The notes under the pieces are model-generated. The model had not been told where the DNA came from and searched no databases. It worked only from the letters and a program-made list of their open reading frames with translations. Of a stretch of 64,000 nt of DNA, positions 37,601-46,382 are shown piece after piece (the first letter of the stretch is position 1; every line of letters starts with the position of its first letter). Source of the stretch: a virus; the IMG/VR virus record IMGVR_UViG_3300010883_000007, positions 40,453-104,452 of that record; one strand, given 5' to 3'. The translations under genes and the position numbers were made by a program.

Positions 37601-38239
37601 TGTGAATCCGTCACTACCCGTGAGCTTCTGGGCAATTACTTGATTTCCCGTGTCTACCCCCAAGTCCGGAACTCGAAAGTGAAAGTCAAACGAGACTGTT
37701 TTAGTGCCCGGGTCAACAACAGGCTCACCAGATCGATTCCTGGCCAGGGAGGGATAATATGATCCAGCAGAGTCGCTGACCCTTATATGAGTCCCTAGCT
37801 CTGCAGCGAATCCCCCTTCTGGATTTTCATCTGTCTGTGTCCCAGAGAAGTGTAGAAAACCCCTGTGTTTTGGAAAAGAATCGTAGACATACTTCTCAAA
37901 TCCTGTGAGGTTGTCATAGAATACGAGTACATCCGGGCGCTGGCCATCGAATGGGAAGGAGTTGATTATCTGATCGAACGCCGTGTTGACCTTGGCTTCG
38001 GCCGAGTTGAAGAAGGTGTGGTTCTCAAACTTGGACCAGTCGACCGGGAGTTGCTGTGTTGACTTGACACCCGCATCGGGAGGGTCGTATCTAAAGGATC
38101 CTGTTTTGCTCTGGATCGATCCACTGTGGAGGGCTGCTGTCTGATTGGCAACAGTGGATCTATTCGATGTTAGCTCCCTCAAGACAGACGGTGAAAAGAG
38201 GGCTTTCCCTCCTCCAAAGTACGAACTATCTCGAGCCAT
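34622..38239 (-). CDS. baseplate wedge protein (P2 gpI / T4 gp7-like core) with two LamG-like domains
   Basis: Core ..FLLSLGSAHGF..IWRRIL..RSKGTIHSIKTLM..G (gpI-type KGT motif). LamG segments FHHVCATL...LSGSLDEFRVF and KWHITM...GRVGHIRFW. Confidence 0.65.
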   Translation of the reverse strand: MARDSSYFGGGKALFSPSVLRELTSNRSTVANQTAALHSGSIQSKTGSFRYDPPDAGVKSTQQLPVDWSKFENHTFFNSAEAKVNTAFDQIINSFPFDGQRPDVLVFYDNLTGFEKYVYDSFPKHRGFLHFSGTQTDENPEGGFAAELGTHIRVSDSAGSYYPSLARNRSGEPVVDPGTKTVSFDFHFRVPDLGVDTGNQVIAQKLTGSDGFTLFLSSSTSTVPSSSVVFLASSGSRYMSASMQLEKGKFHHVCATLNRTPNIHRMQLYRDFALITTSSRVEMGDFGITTSPLLIGSGTKHDAGLWESEGDVALEFQQTLSGSLDEFRVFHEPRSVGMQKKEGNKTIYPRKDLRLYFKFNEPTGSYSSNDLVLDSSGNALHSTVVNYITDLRILRGLSIPVARESDEDCPVLFPTYPDLITLNQRLLSSASVYDSNNPNMITKLIPKHYLLEASHFEGFEKETGEWGEDYGSSKDMPGGGKLGSPQIISAFLFVWAKFFDEIKMHLDQFGKLTFVDQVPEGSIADQFLLSLGSAHGFVLPDMASDASLSQFSDGVDMTVDSIISNRPLQYVQNQIWRRILADMGEIVRSKGTIHSIKTLMRDMGINPDKSFRFREFGGAKTRRISDVRDITSEVSTMLDFSGTFANVSQNLTAQGNDLNKPFITSPHLSASRIEPGIPNVVGTMVQHLTNYQTLDKSVERNYDYSPHGISNSPNDGLLTSGSWTYEAIYQFPGRRGSMGRSGYPLTQSLARFCVTGTTTAGDASGTGGLIMNLLAFSGSLEDQQTGSLSLIAKPTISGVIPMVLPLTGVDIFDGDKWHITMGRARNDLTGSITSSSYYLHAGKINEGRLTAYESNAKYFNDHGESTTYNLLENVSTTHNISGSFFVIGSQSISMSVNSNLLNRTTYDSMFRHTFFAGRVGHIRFWSKEMTDRETQEHIYNFKSLGSDDPHINFNFKTSRSGSFGRLRIDASTDQSVTKSNADGELSIFDFSQGNFHLTGSGFEPLKQMIHPEKFRYSMLSPNFDQARTGNKVRVRSHKHKSNVKKFGTSFAPIYAIPPNENPVDDTRFSIEVSGIQALNEDMVSLFSTLDLLDNILGAPELVFSPDYPDLVDLRDIYFNRLTDKVNYKKFFEFFKWFDSSMGMMIERLVPRKTKFLGVNFVVESHMFERAKYHHAYHDMYLGPNDRHGLKGQILMQQFIAHLRRF

Positions 38240-39789
38240 TATGGATCCACTCTAAACCGCAGTGCCAGGTCATCGATGACATACTCTTGACCCCTGTCAA
38301 CAATAAGAAACTCAAAACTATAAACCCTTCCAATAAACAAATTGGACATATGAAACTCAAAATACATTCCGGCACTGTCGGATGATAACCTCGTTCCACT
38401 GCCTGTTTTCTGGAAAGGAATAGCTATATCGCCTGATAGTGTATCTCGAACCCGGTAGTACACCTCTTCCAGAATCACACTCTTAAGCTCGTAGCTTCGC
38501 TTCTTTGGCGCAGCGCGCTCGGCCTCGTGGTCCTGAGCAAAGACTCTGAACTTTACTTTATCCCCACGAGTGTAATCTCCCTTAGCATTTGTTATAATGA
38601 TAGAGGGTTTTCGAGAGGTAAAGTTGGAAGCTGTTCGAGTTGGAGCTTCCAGCGTCAGGCTTCCCGTGTGGAAGGCAACAGTCCCATCGAGAGAATGCCA
38701 GATCTCGTCAAAGGTGAGTGATCCACTCTTAATAGCGAAGTCTGTCACCCGATCAGTCGATATTACAGTGGATGTCTCACTCATAGGAATCGCAAAAGAT
38801 GCAGAGTACACACCTGGAAGACCTACAGCGGGTGTTGTGGAAGCAACATGTTGGGATGCTGTCACCACCTTCGAGAAGGAACCTGACATTATCGTGACAG
38901 CCAAACAGTTGTTGCCTGACAAGTCTGTTAATGCAGAGCCTGATACTATATTCGCGGGCCGGCCGCGATGGAAGTTATTCAGAAAGACAGATCCCGAAAC
39001 ATCAAAGAAAAATCCGCGGTGGTGATCGTGAATCGTGTCATCAAATGACACATGAATCATGGGTTGCTTGTAGATCTGGCGACTATGTCGGGAGAAGAAT
39101 CGCTTGACAAAGCGTGTCTTTGTATCTGTCTCCTCAGTTCCAGAGTATGACAGGCGGAACCCGTGATTGGGTATCATTCCAGCGAGGATACCTGATACTA
39201 CAGTTGTCACATCAACACTCAGGTCTTCGTTACCGTCTTTAAAGACCTGAACTGCGAAGAGATCCTGCAGACCGTCTCCATCATTAAGGTTACCCGAGGC
39301 TATTATATCAATACTACTCTCACCCAACTGCCCCAGCGCATCGGCGCCGGCGGTGTTCCATGCTACAACTGCTCCATCTGCATATGAGGCAGTTATGAAA
39401 TTGCATGCATCCAGATCGCCGTAGCTTCCCACGTCGCGACCGATACCCTCGTCAAAACTCTGCGAGAGGGGAAAGACTGCCAGACGAAAGTTCTGGGGTG
39501 TTGCTTGGCCTGCCCTTAAGGCCTTCATCTTGAGAGAGCATTTGAACGAGCTGTGATTGACATCCAGAATGGATCCGGTAAGCTCTATCAGCTTGTCAAA
39601 ATCAAATTTGATAAGTGATCTCGAGAGCTCAATAGGGTTTGTCTCGCCGGCGAGGGTTGATTCACTGTACAGCTTGAAGAGGTCCAGGGTACCCGCACGC
39701 CCGGTATTGGCGTCGGTTGCCCTGAACTTATTGCTCAAGATCTTGTTTGTGATGTATGCATCCCTGCTAGACGTGATTATCAGGTACAT
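38239..39789 (-). CDS. virion protein with N-terminal DNRLRE/CBM96-like domain
   Basis: DAYI..D.NTG...SRSLIKFD...FPLSQSFDEG...DVT..V...NHGF...FSR..P.I.V pattern. Confidence 0.6.
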   Translation of the reverse strand: MYLIITSSRDAYITNKILSNKFRATDANTGRAGTLDLFKLYSESTLAGETNPIELSRSLIKFDFDKLIELTGSILDVNHSSFKCSLKMKALRAGQATPQNFRLAVFPLSQSFDEGIGRDVGSYGDLDACNFITASYADGAVVAWNTAGADALGQLGESSIDIIASGNLNDGDGLQDLFAVQVFKDGNEDLSVDVTTVVSGILAGMIPNHGFRLSYSGTEETDTKTRFVKRFFSRHSRQIYKQPMIHVSFDDTIHDHHRGFFFDVSGSVFLNNFHRGRPANIVSGSALTDLSGNNCLAVTIMSGSFSKVVTASQHVASTTPAVGLPGVYSASFAIPMSETSTVISTDRVTDFAIKSGSLTFDEIWHSLDGTVAFHTGSLTLEAPTRTASNFTSRKPSIIITNAKGDYTRGDKVKFRVFAQDHEAERAAPKKRSYELKSVILEEVYYRVRDTLSGDIAIPFQKTGSGTRLSSDSAGMYFEFHMSNLFIGRVYSFEFLIVDRGQEYVIDDLALRFRVDP

Positions 39790-39798
39790 CTATATCTC

Positions 39799-41646
39799 CT
39801 ACGATGATGTTCCAACGATGTCATGATCTGCAAACTTCAGTTCAAATATTGATCCTGGTGGGCCCACAATCATTCGATTCTTGGTCGCGTTCTTAAAGTT
39901 GAAGGTTGCAGAGCTGTACTTCCTGCCTGAAATAGTCCCATTGATGGGTGAAACCTCTAGATTTATGAGTGATACAACACCCGGTGTGTTGATAATAACA
40001 TTGACGAGATCATCCAGGAGGACAGGTTGGTCTATTTGAAAGTTCTTAATATGCAGTACATCGCTTAAACGGGTAATAACCGTTTGTATCAGAGACGACT
40101 TGTTACTCCCCGGTGTTGACAGGATTCCAAACTTTACCCCAAAGTTAATAATCTGGGCGTCAAGGATGTCCATTGCATCAGAGATAAGACGGAACTCATT
40201 TAAGTACAGACTTAAGTTCTGCTTGAGGGAATCCGGACATATGTCTAGATCACCATCCTCATTTCTGCTGGCAACAAATAACTGAGTGGAGAGGGGATTT
40301 GTGGGATTCTGCCTTATTCCTGCCCGATAGACACGACCGAATCGATTGGGAAGCGTGTAGATCCTCGATATGAGATCCTGCTTACTCACAATCCTAGATT
40401 GCATCTGCTTGGCAGACGGGACTTGTGCTCTTAACTCATCTAGCGTTGGGGCTCGATCTCCTCCTCGAGCAGGTCCGGCGTTTTTTACGTCGATCGACTC
40501 TCTAACGAATGCTGCGTCAGTAATAGAAGGCGCGCGCCGAAATTCCAGCTTGAGATCACTTACGAATCGAATTGACTCTGCAGCTGCGTTGTGAGAGAGA
40601 CCGCCACCATACCGGTAGACCACTGTTACTGTTGTATTCTTTGGAGCCAATCCCAGGGTGTGTGTCTCCAGTAGCGCATTGGGATCTATAGAGAATCTCG
40701 AGAACGTCGTCTTACCATATAACTCAAGGGACAACTCGCTGGGATCAGGTATAATGTCATCATCCAACGAGTCAGTATTTCCCGATCCGAATCTGATCTT
40801 TGTCAGTCTGGTGATGGGACTCAACTTTGCGGTAAATCGATAGGGCGCTGCAGATATCTCTAGATTCATGGGTACCAAAACACCATCCGGGCTCATATTG
40901 AGGACACCCTTGAAGATTGTATCCTGTGAGAGCGATTCCACCTGATAGTACTCATTGCCTTCTGTATCTCTAACAGATATAATGTCTGAGACACTGTCAT
41001 TCATCAGCACCAGTTCCCGAAATGGCTTGTGTGTGTTGGGAATTGAGAAAGCCTCAGATGTCTCCACACCTGATACACACAGGCCTGAGCGAATCATAAT
41101 ATAGGTCGCGGGGGACCCGTCGGTATCTGTCGTCTTTGTCAACACTTTAGCACGAAGATTTCCATCGGAGTCCAGCGCACCGAAGTCGAGATCTTCTGTC
41201 AAATTAAACTGGAGGTCGGCATCTGACCTTAGTACTGTTCCCTGGCGTATTATGGGTAGTGCTGAAGTCTTTGGTACATACTTTCCGCTGGAGATTCTCG
41301 TTGAGGGCACTACAATGTAAAAGTTGACCCTCACTGAGGCAGGGCTTGCGCCCACGATCTTAACACCGGCGTTTCTCAGGTGATTGACAATATTAGATGA
41401 CTCGACCGCGGTCAGAGGATTCAGCTCCCCAAACTGGTGATCCAAATAGAATGACATCGTGTCGCCGACCATCGATGCCATGTCCAGAAACAGGCCACCT
41501 AAGCTGGCTTCAGAGAAATCCTGAATCTTATCGGGAAAATACGTACGAGCATAATTCAGGAGCTCAGCGCGAAAGGCATTAAAGTCCTTTGCGAGAAAGC
41601 TCCTGTTCCTCTCTTTTTTTAGCTTCTTCTTAATGTCAATTGCCAT
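39799..41646 (-). CDS. baseplate wedge protein (T4 gp6 / baseplate J-like)
   Basis: KDF...DFSEASLGGLFLDMASMVGD..SFYLD, IRFG.G, V.YRYGGG...N, A.GG, Q.RIVS.QD motifs. Confidence 0.85.
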   Translation of the reverse strand: MAIDIKKKLKKERNRSFLAKDFNAFRAELLNYARTYFPDKIQDFSEASLGGLFLDMASMVGDTMSFYLDHQFGELNPLTAVESSNIVNHLRNAGVKIVGASPASVRVNFYIVVPSTRISSGKYVPKTSALPIIRQGTVLRSDADLQFNLTEDLDFGALDSDGNLRAKVLTKTTDTDGSPATYIMIRSGLCVSGVETSEAFSIPNTHKPFRELVLMNDSVSDIISVRDTEGNEYYQVESLSQDTIFKGVLNMSPDGVLVPMNLEISAAPYRFTAKLSPITRLTKIRFGSGNTDSLDDDIIPDPSELSLELYGKTTFSRFSIDPNALLETHTLGLAPKNTTVTVVYRYGGGLSHNAAAESIRFVSDLKLEFRRAPSITDAAFVRESIDVKNAGPARGGDRAPTLDELRAQVPSAKQMQSRIVSKQDLISRIYTLPNRFGRVYRAGIRQNPTNPLSTQLFVASRNEDGDLDICPDSLKQNLSLYLNEFRLISDAMDILDAQIINFGVKFGILSTPGSNKSSLIQTVITRLSDVLHIKNFQIDQPVLLDDLVNVIINTPGVVSLINLEVSPINGTISGRKYSSATFNFKNATKNRMIVGPPGSIFELKFADHDIVGTSS

Positions 41647-41658
41647 GTTAACACCTTA

Positions 41659-42141
41659 TCAGACTGAGTACAGCACAACCTCTATGGCGCGCTTCTTTGA
41701 TTCAAGTTTTGGAATCTTGTAGGTCACCCTGATTCCTATCTTAGCTATATCCTTATCATTCTTCAAGACGAGAGGTTCAAAATTCTCCAGAGAAATGAAT
41801 GACATGTACTTCTTTGTTGTTCTAGTAATCCTTCTCATCGCCTCAGTGTCACCGTCTTCAGTCCCCATCTCAAATGTGAGCTCTGTGAGATTTGCCCCGA
41901 AGTCGTACATCCCAAACCTATCCCCATGATTTGTCATAATCAGATTTCGAAAATTATCGGCGAGCTGATCCTGTAGATTCTTGTGCATCTTAAAGAGGCC
42001 CTCGTGATCGGATCCCATCTGTAGAGGTGTCGCGATTCCCACAGGCTGAGCTCGGTCTGCGAGCTCAGCTGTACGACGTCTCTGAAAGTCAGTATCCAGT
42101 TCTCCAACGCTACTAAAATCGTATTTTTTTAGGTATGACAT
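41659..42141 (-). CDS. baseplate wedge / sheath-initiator protein (gp25-like)
   Basis: DQLADNFRNLIMTNHGDRFGMYDFGANL..L.FE; upstream of the gp6-like gene; GAGGTG SD. Confidence 0.8.
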   Translation of the reverse strand: MSYLKKYDFSSVGELDTDFQRRRTAELADRAQPVGIATPLQMGSDHEGLFKMHKNLQDQLADNFRNLIMTNHGDRFGMYDFGANLTELTFEMGTEDGDTEAMRRITRTTKKYMSFISLENFEPLVLKNDKDIAKIGIRVTYKIPKLESKKRAIEVVLYSV

Positions 42142-42166
42142 AGACAATACACCTCTCGCTTAAGGC

Positions 42167-42173
42167 TAAGTAT
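42167..42173 (-). promoter_or_regulatory. candidate late-promoter heptamer ATACTTA
   Basis: Intergenic, 25 nt upstream of the gp25-like ATG; matches the motif at 11174. Confidence 0.35.
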
Positions 42174-42207
42174 AGCCAGACTGAACTTGTCAGTGCACCT
42201 GTTTGTC

Positions 42208-43314
42208 CTAGAAAGGCAGCACTAAGGGTATCATTCCTCCAATTCTCAGATCAACAGGAGGCACGTGAGCAGCGCCCCAAGCGAAAATAGCCTTTGCCAT
42301 GGGATCCTTAAGCATTGATACCGACGTCAGGCTGCTAGGTGACACGATAACCAGGGGAGATCCTGGAACGGGTGGTACAGACATTAGAGTAGCTGATCCC
42401 TGCATCTGCTTCGTCTGGATCTCTGTTAAAACATCCAAACTTAAACCGAGGAGAATTAGGGTGTAGGCCAAGATAATATTAGCAATTGACATGGCAGCTG
42501 CAGCAATTGCAGCCGGAACAGCATGGGGTGGTAATTCCTCCACAGACGCAATGAGCTCATCGATCTTCGAGTGATTGATGGGACCCCAGCCCAAGCAATC
42601 CAGGATAAGTGGCAAGCCCAGGCCCAAGACAATTGCAGGTGCTGGAATGGGAGGGATGGGCATCACCAGGTATGACAGACGAAGGAGTGGTCCTATTATC
42701 TTCTCAAGACACTCAAGAGGCGCCACATCGTCAACAGAACCCTCCGGGTCAACAAGCATCATTACCTTGACAAAGGGCATGAGAGGAATCACAGGCAAGT
42801 TCATGGGATCATCCGGAATAGGAACCCCTCCTGACAGGACTACAGCCTCATTTACCTTGGCCTGGATCGCATTGAAAAAATCCTCTCCACCGTCCTCAAG
42901 AACCTCTCCGGCGCACTCCAGAACAGCAGGTAATAGTATCTTAGGATCTCTAGGGTCGTCCTCAGGACCTATGGCATTCAACTTCTGAAAGACACACTTG
43001 AGAATATCCGTCGCGTCGTCTTGAGACATACCCGGCATGGTTGCTAGCCTGTTAGAAACATACACCAGAGCCCCGTTACCCATGACTGCCACAGACGAGG
43101 GTGTTCCACTGCCGTCTGATGCATTACTAACTGCTCCTGCAGATAGGGCTGCTGCAGCATCTTGCTCCTGCTGGCTTAGATCCCTATTATCTGGTGGACC
43201 GGTGTTCTGGAAAGCAGCAGTGTCAGCCTGGATTATCTCCTGGGCTGTTTTAGCACCACTTGTGTCTGAAGACTTTAAGTGTTTTAGATGCTCAGGTATC
43301 TGATTAACTGGCAT
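42208..43314 (-). CDS. hypothetical Pro-rich hydrophobic protein in baseplate cluster
   Basis: 368-aa ORF between the gp5-like and gp25-like genes; AGGTG SD. Confidence 0.5.
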   Translation of the reverse strand: MPVNQIPEHLKHLKSSDTSGAKTAQEIIQADTAAFQNTGPPDNRDLSQQEQDAAAALSAGAVSNASDGSGTPSSVAVMGNGALVYVSNRLATMPGMSQDDATDILKCVFQKLNAIGPEDDPRDPKILLPAVLECAGEVLEDGGEDFFNAIQAKVNEAVVLSGGVPIPDDPMNLPVIPLMPFVKVMMLVDPEGSVDDVAPLECLEKIIGPLLRLSYLVMPIPPIPAPAIVLGLGLPLILDCLGWGPINHSKIDELIASVEELPPHAVPAAIAAAAMSIANIILAYTLILLGLSLDVLTEIQTKQMQGSATLMSVPPVPGSPLVIVSPSSLTSVSMLKDPMAKAIFAWGAAHVPPVDLRIGGMIPLVLPF

Positions 43315-44937
43315 CTACTTCACCTTTGCGACGGAGCTCTTGAAGTTATCCAACGATGCAGCCAGGGTCTCACACGCTACCTTGAGGTTAACCAGAGGGA
43401 ATCCCTGGTTTCCCATCTCGTTCTTAGCTGTGTCACAGAATGTCTTGAGCATATCTGCCAACGTGTCACCCAGTACAACCGGCTCCTCGGCTGCTTCACC
43501 GAGAAATATCTGTCCGTCTCTGCCATCTCCAATTACAATTGTCTTCGCATCAATGAGAAGCTTGCCACCCGGAAGAAGAACTATCGCGCAGATGTCCTCT
43601 GCCTTCTCATCCTGTCGAATGATGCGTATTGATCCTTCTTCCTTTGGAATCTCACCCCAGTCTCCCGACTCCTCCTTAGAGTTTCTGGCAACGATTCTCA
43701 CCTGATTCGACTTGGCAATAATGTAGGGTTGTCCATCGACTGCCTTTACATTATGTTCGTCCTTCATAAAACCCGGGGTCATCCCGTCCAGGTCGAAGTT
43801 CTTGTCCCCGTCTGTGTTCATAGAGATATACACCCGGGCAGCGTCGTGCATAAAGTCCGGGTCGCCCTCAGCTGGATGAGAGAGGCGATTTTCCTCGTGG
43901 TCTCCCCTCTTACTTCCTCCGCCGAGGGCGCTGTCATCACCGTTTGCAGTCGGATTCTTGTCTGTCTCGAATGTGTCTCTTGCGTTCTTGATCGCCCTAG
44001 GGCGTGTCTCCCGAAGAGGTTTCTTCTCATCCGGGTCACCAAAATATCTTCCGCGGCCGGCTACGAGGTCGATTGTTCCGGAGAAAGCCCGTGGTGGTGT
44101 GTCCTCGGGATCTGTAGCATTCGACTTTGTGCCGTCCGGGCGATCGGTAACCCCCCAACCGCGGTCTTGGCCGAGGCAGATCAGGGCGTTGTTCGACCCC
44201 TGAAGAACTAGATCCCCGGGGCGGCTGGTGAATCGAGGCACAGGCTCCGGCAGAAAGGACTTGCCTGCCAGTGAGCCCGTAAAGATCATCTCGTATGCTT
44301 CAACTTCAGACAGGGTAGTCGTATCTTTCGTCTCGGCCGGACCATTGGGAAAGCCGGGGATAAAGGGTGACTCTAGTCCCTCATCAGCCCCCTCGTCTGC
44401 ATCATCCTCGGTCTCGCCGGCGTCTTCCAACGCCTTAGCTGCATCACTAGTGTCTTGGTCCTGCTTACCCACGTTAAGCTCGAACTTCCGGTCGCCGTGA
44501 GTGTAGTTAACGTCATCGACAAAGTTGGCCTCTGTAATTCGACACATCCAGTAACCTACACTCTGGGGTACATCCAGGGATTCCAGGAGTACCCAGATTT
44601 GTTCCCCCTGCTTAACAGGTAGTGTTAAGTGGGGTGGAAAGAAGGGGTAGCACAGAAGATCACCAGCTGAACTCTTGTCTGCAGCATTCGTGTAGATTCT
44701 GGCAATTATTGAATTCCTGGGTGCTGACTGTAGCTTGGTGGGGTTAGTGAGGGACTTGGCCAGCTCATCCAACTCCTCCGGTGTTCGAAGGGAAGTATCA
44801 CTCAAGATCTCGACAACGACAGCGCGCTGGAGAATATTGATGGGAGCAGCAGTCTGCAGAGCTGTCAGCTCTTCGGATATATCCCGGACGCCGGCAGCCA
44901 TCTGGCGGACAGCATCTACGCCCTGGCCGCTTCCCAT
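43315..44937 (-). CDS. baseplate central spike/hub protein (gp5/gpV-like)
   Basis: OB-fold-like N-terminus YPFFPPHLTLPVKQGEQIWVL...YW, beta-repeat GDLVLQGSNNALICLG, C-terminal IFLG...EPVVLGD.L. Confidence 0.7.
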   Translation of the reverse strand: MGSGQGVDAVRQMAAGVRDISEELTALQTAAPINILQRAVVVEILSDTSLRTPEELDELAKSLTNPTKLQSAPRNSIIARIYTNAADKSSAGDLLCYPFFPPHLTLPVKQGEQIWVLLESLDVPQSVGYWMCRITEANFVDDVNYTHGDRKFELNVGKQDQDTSDAAKALEDAGETEDDADEGADEGLESPFIPGFPNGPAETKDTTTLSEVEAYEMIFTGSLAGKSFLPEPVPRFTSRPGDLVLQGSNNALICLGQDRGWGVTDRPDGTKSNATDPEDTPPRAFSGTIDLVAGRGRYFGDPDEKKPLRETRPRAIKNARDTFETDKNPTANGDDSALGGGSKRGDHEENRLSHPAEGDPDFMHDAARVYISMNTDGDKNFDLDGMTPGFMKDEHNVKAVDGQPYIIAKSNQVRIVARNSKEESGDWGEIPKEEGSIRIIRQDEKAEDICAIVLLPGGKLLIDAKTIVIGDGRDGQIFLGEAAEEPVVLGDTLADMLKTFCDTAKNEMGNQGFPLVNLKVACETLAASLDNFKSSVAKVK

Positions 44938-44943
44938 AGTCTG

Positions 44944-45315
44944 TTACTCCCCTGAGCCTATCTTTTCGAATAATTCATTAGGATCGATCTTTGCATCATA
45001 ATCCTGAGCCTTCGCGATGAGCTCGGCTAGCCTGAGAATCTGCTCGTTCGACTTACACATTCGCTCCAGGTACTTCGACATCACAGACCCTAGAGTTACA
45101 TGCTCTGAAGCGCCTCCCGTCATCTGCTTCCACGCGTCGGTAAAGAGCAACGACGCGTTCTCCCGATCTAGCAGGGCGTTCTCGTATATCTCCTTCCACA
45201 GGAGCTTCTTCTTCTCCTCTGTTGAGGAGAGATGTTCCAGGATGTCAGCGAAGCGCTCGATCTTCTTGTCAGCCTTACTCATCTTATCCATCATATCGCT
45301 TAGTGCTTTGGACAT
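44944..45315 (-). CDS. hypothetical helical protein
   Basis: Start placed at ATG 45315 (MSKALSDMM) after AGGA; the longer track ORF overlaps the sigma gene. Confidence 0.6.
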   Translation of the reverse strand: MSKALSDMMDKMSKADKKIERFADILEHLSSTEEKKKLLWKEIYENALLDRENASLLFTDAWKQMTGGASEHVTLGSVMSKYLERMCKSNEQILRLAELIAKAQDYDAKIDPNELFEKIGSGE

Positions 45316-45325
45316 ATTTGCTATC

Positions 45326-46060
45326 CTAAAAGAGGGTGTACTTGGCGTCGGGACCGACGAGTCTTCGATAGTGCTTTCGTATTGAAGACATCGCGACTGA
45401 AAGCTGCTTGGGTGACAGGCCTGATATATCACGAACATAGATTAGGACTGCCCGCTTGTTTAAAAAGTCCAGGTCGTCAATATTCTTGAAGACAGTAATT
45501 ACTGCGCTAATACAGGTCTTCTCTGTCTCACTAGTCACTAAACCGGAGATTTCCTTCAGTACTGCCTGAATCTCGTCCTTCAGGCCGGCGCGAATGAGTA
45601 TTTCATCAGGAGCGGGAATTACATCGTGTGACTCAAAGATAGCCTTTTGACGCATTGTCATTCCGTGGGGATTGTCGATACTCACATGGCGCTTAACCCG
45701 CTTTCTCTGCTGCCTGGACCTGATTATCAGCCAGTTCTTGGCCACTACGTTGAAGTATGAGAAAGCCTTTGTGCCTCGTTCGGGTTTCCACTTGTGTATG
45801 GACTCGTAGAGAAAGGAGACACAATCTGTCTTAAGGTCACTAAACGTATCATACGGTGTTTTAAATCCGTATACGAAAATGAGGTTCTCTACCAGTTTCT
45901 CAAAGGCAGGCTGAATCTCAGCAAGATACCTCTTTGTCTTATCATCCATCACCTCTAGTGTCTGATAATCAATTATTGCTGCCTGGGTATCCATGGTGAA
46001 GTACATATTACGTGTCTTCCCAGGATTTCGCCGTATCTTTCTTTTAACTCGCCTAGCCAC
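45326..46060 (-). CDS. phage RNA polymerase sigma factor (sigma70 region 2; gp55-like late sigma)
   Basis: YF...LVENLI...DLK.DCV.FLYE.IHKW.PERGTKAFSYF..VAKN. Confidence 0.75.
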   Translation of the reverse strand: MARRVKRKIRRNPGKTRNMYFTMDTQAAIIDYQTLEVMDDKTKRYLAEIQPAFEKLVENLIFVYGFKTPYDTFSDLKTDCVSFLYESIHKWKPERGTKAFSYFNVVAKNWLIIRSRQQRKRVKRHVSIDNPHGMTMRQKAIFESHDVIPAPDEILIRAGLKDEIQAVLKEISGLVTSETEKTCISAVITVFKNIDDLDFLNKRAVLIYVRDISGLSPKQLSVAMSSIRKHYRRLVGPDAKYTLF

Positions 46061-46382
46061 TTATGATCTCCTCGAAATCTGATCCGGTTTCTTCGACGGC
46101 CTCTTCGTCCACGGCTGCTAGAGTTCTTGCTATCAAGAGAATCTCATCTCGGCACACCCGGACATCCTGTAGGACTGTCCTAATCTCATTACTATCGTAA
46201 TACAAGGGAATCTGGAGTATCTTACCAATTGATTTATAACGATCATCAAGCACATCCAGTGACCCCTCTATGGCATCTTGCACTGCTAGAATGATAAGAC
46301 CAAACCTAATTGCATAGAAACACGTCACCCCTAGAAGCACTAGTAGTCCAATAATTATGTATGTACTAATATCAAGCATCAT
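46053..46382 (-). CDS. small N-terminally membrane-anchored protein
   Basis: Hydrophobic YIIIGLLVLLGVTCFYAI, then a helical region; overlaps both neighbours. Confidence 0.6.
   Translation of the reverse strand: MMLDISTYIIIGLLVLLGVTCFYAIRFGLIILAVQDAIEGSLDVLDDRYKSIGKILQIPLYYDSNEIRTVLQDVRVCRDEILLIARTLAAVDEEAVEETGSDFEEIISG

Noticed and set aside
39799-44937. Bacterial T6SS or extracellular contractile injection system
   Set aside because: Flanked by phage-type primase, resolvase, recombination nuclease and sigma genes, with no membrane complex or housekeeping genes.
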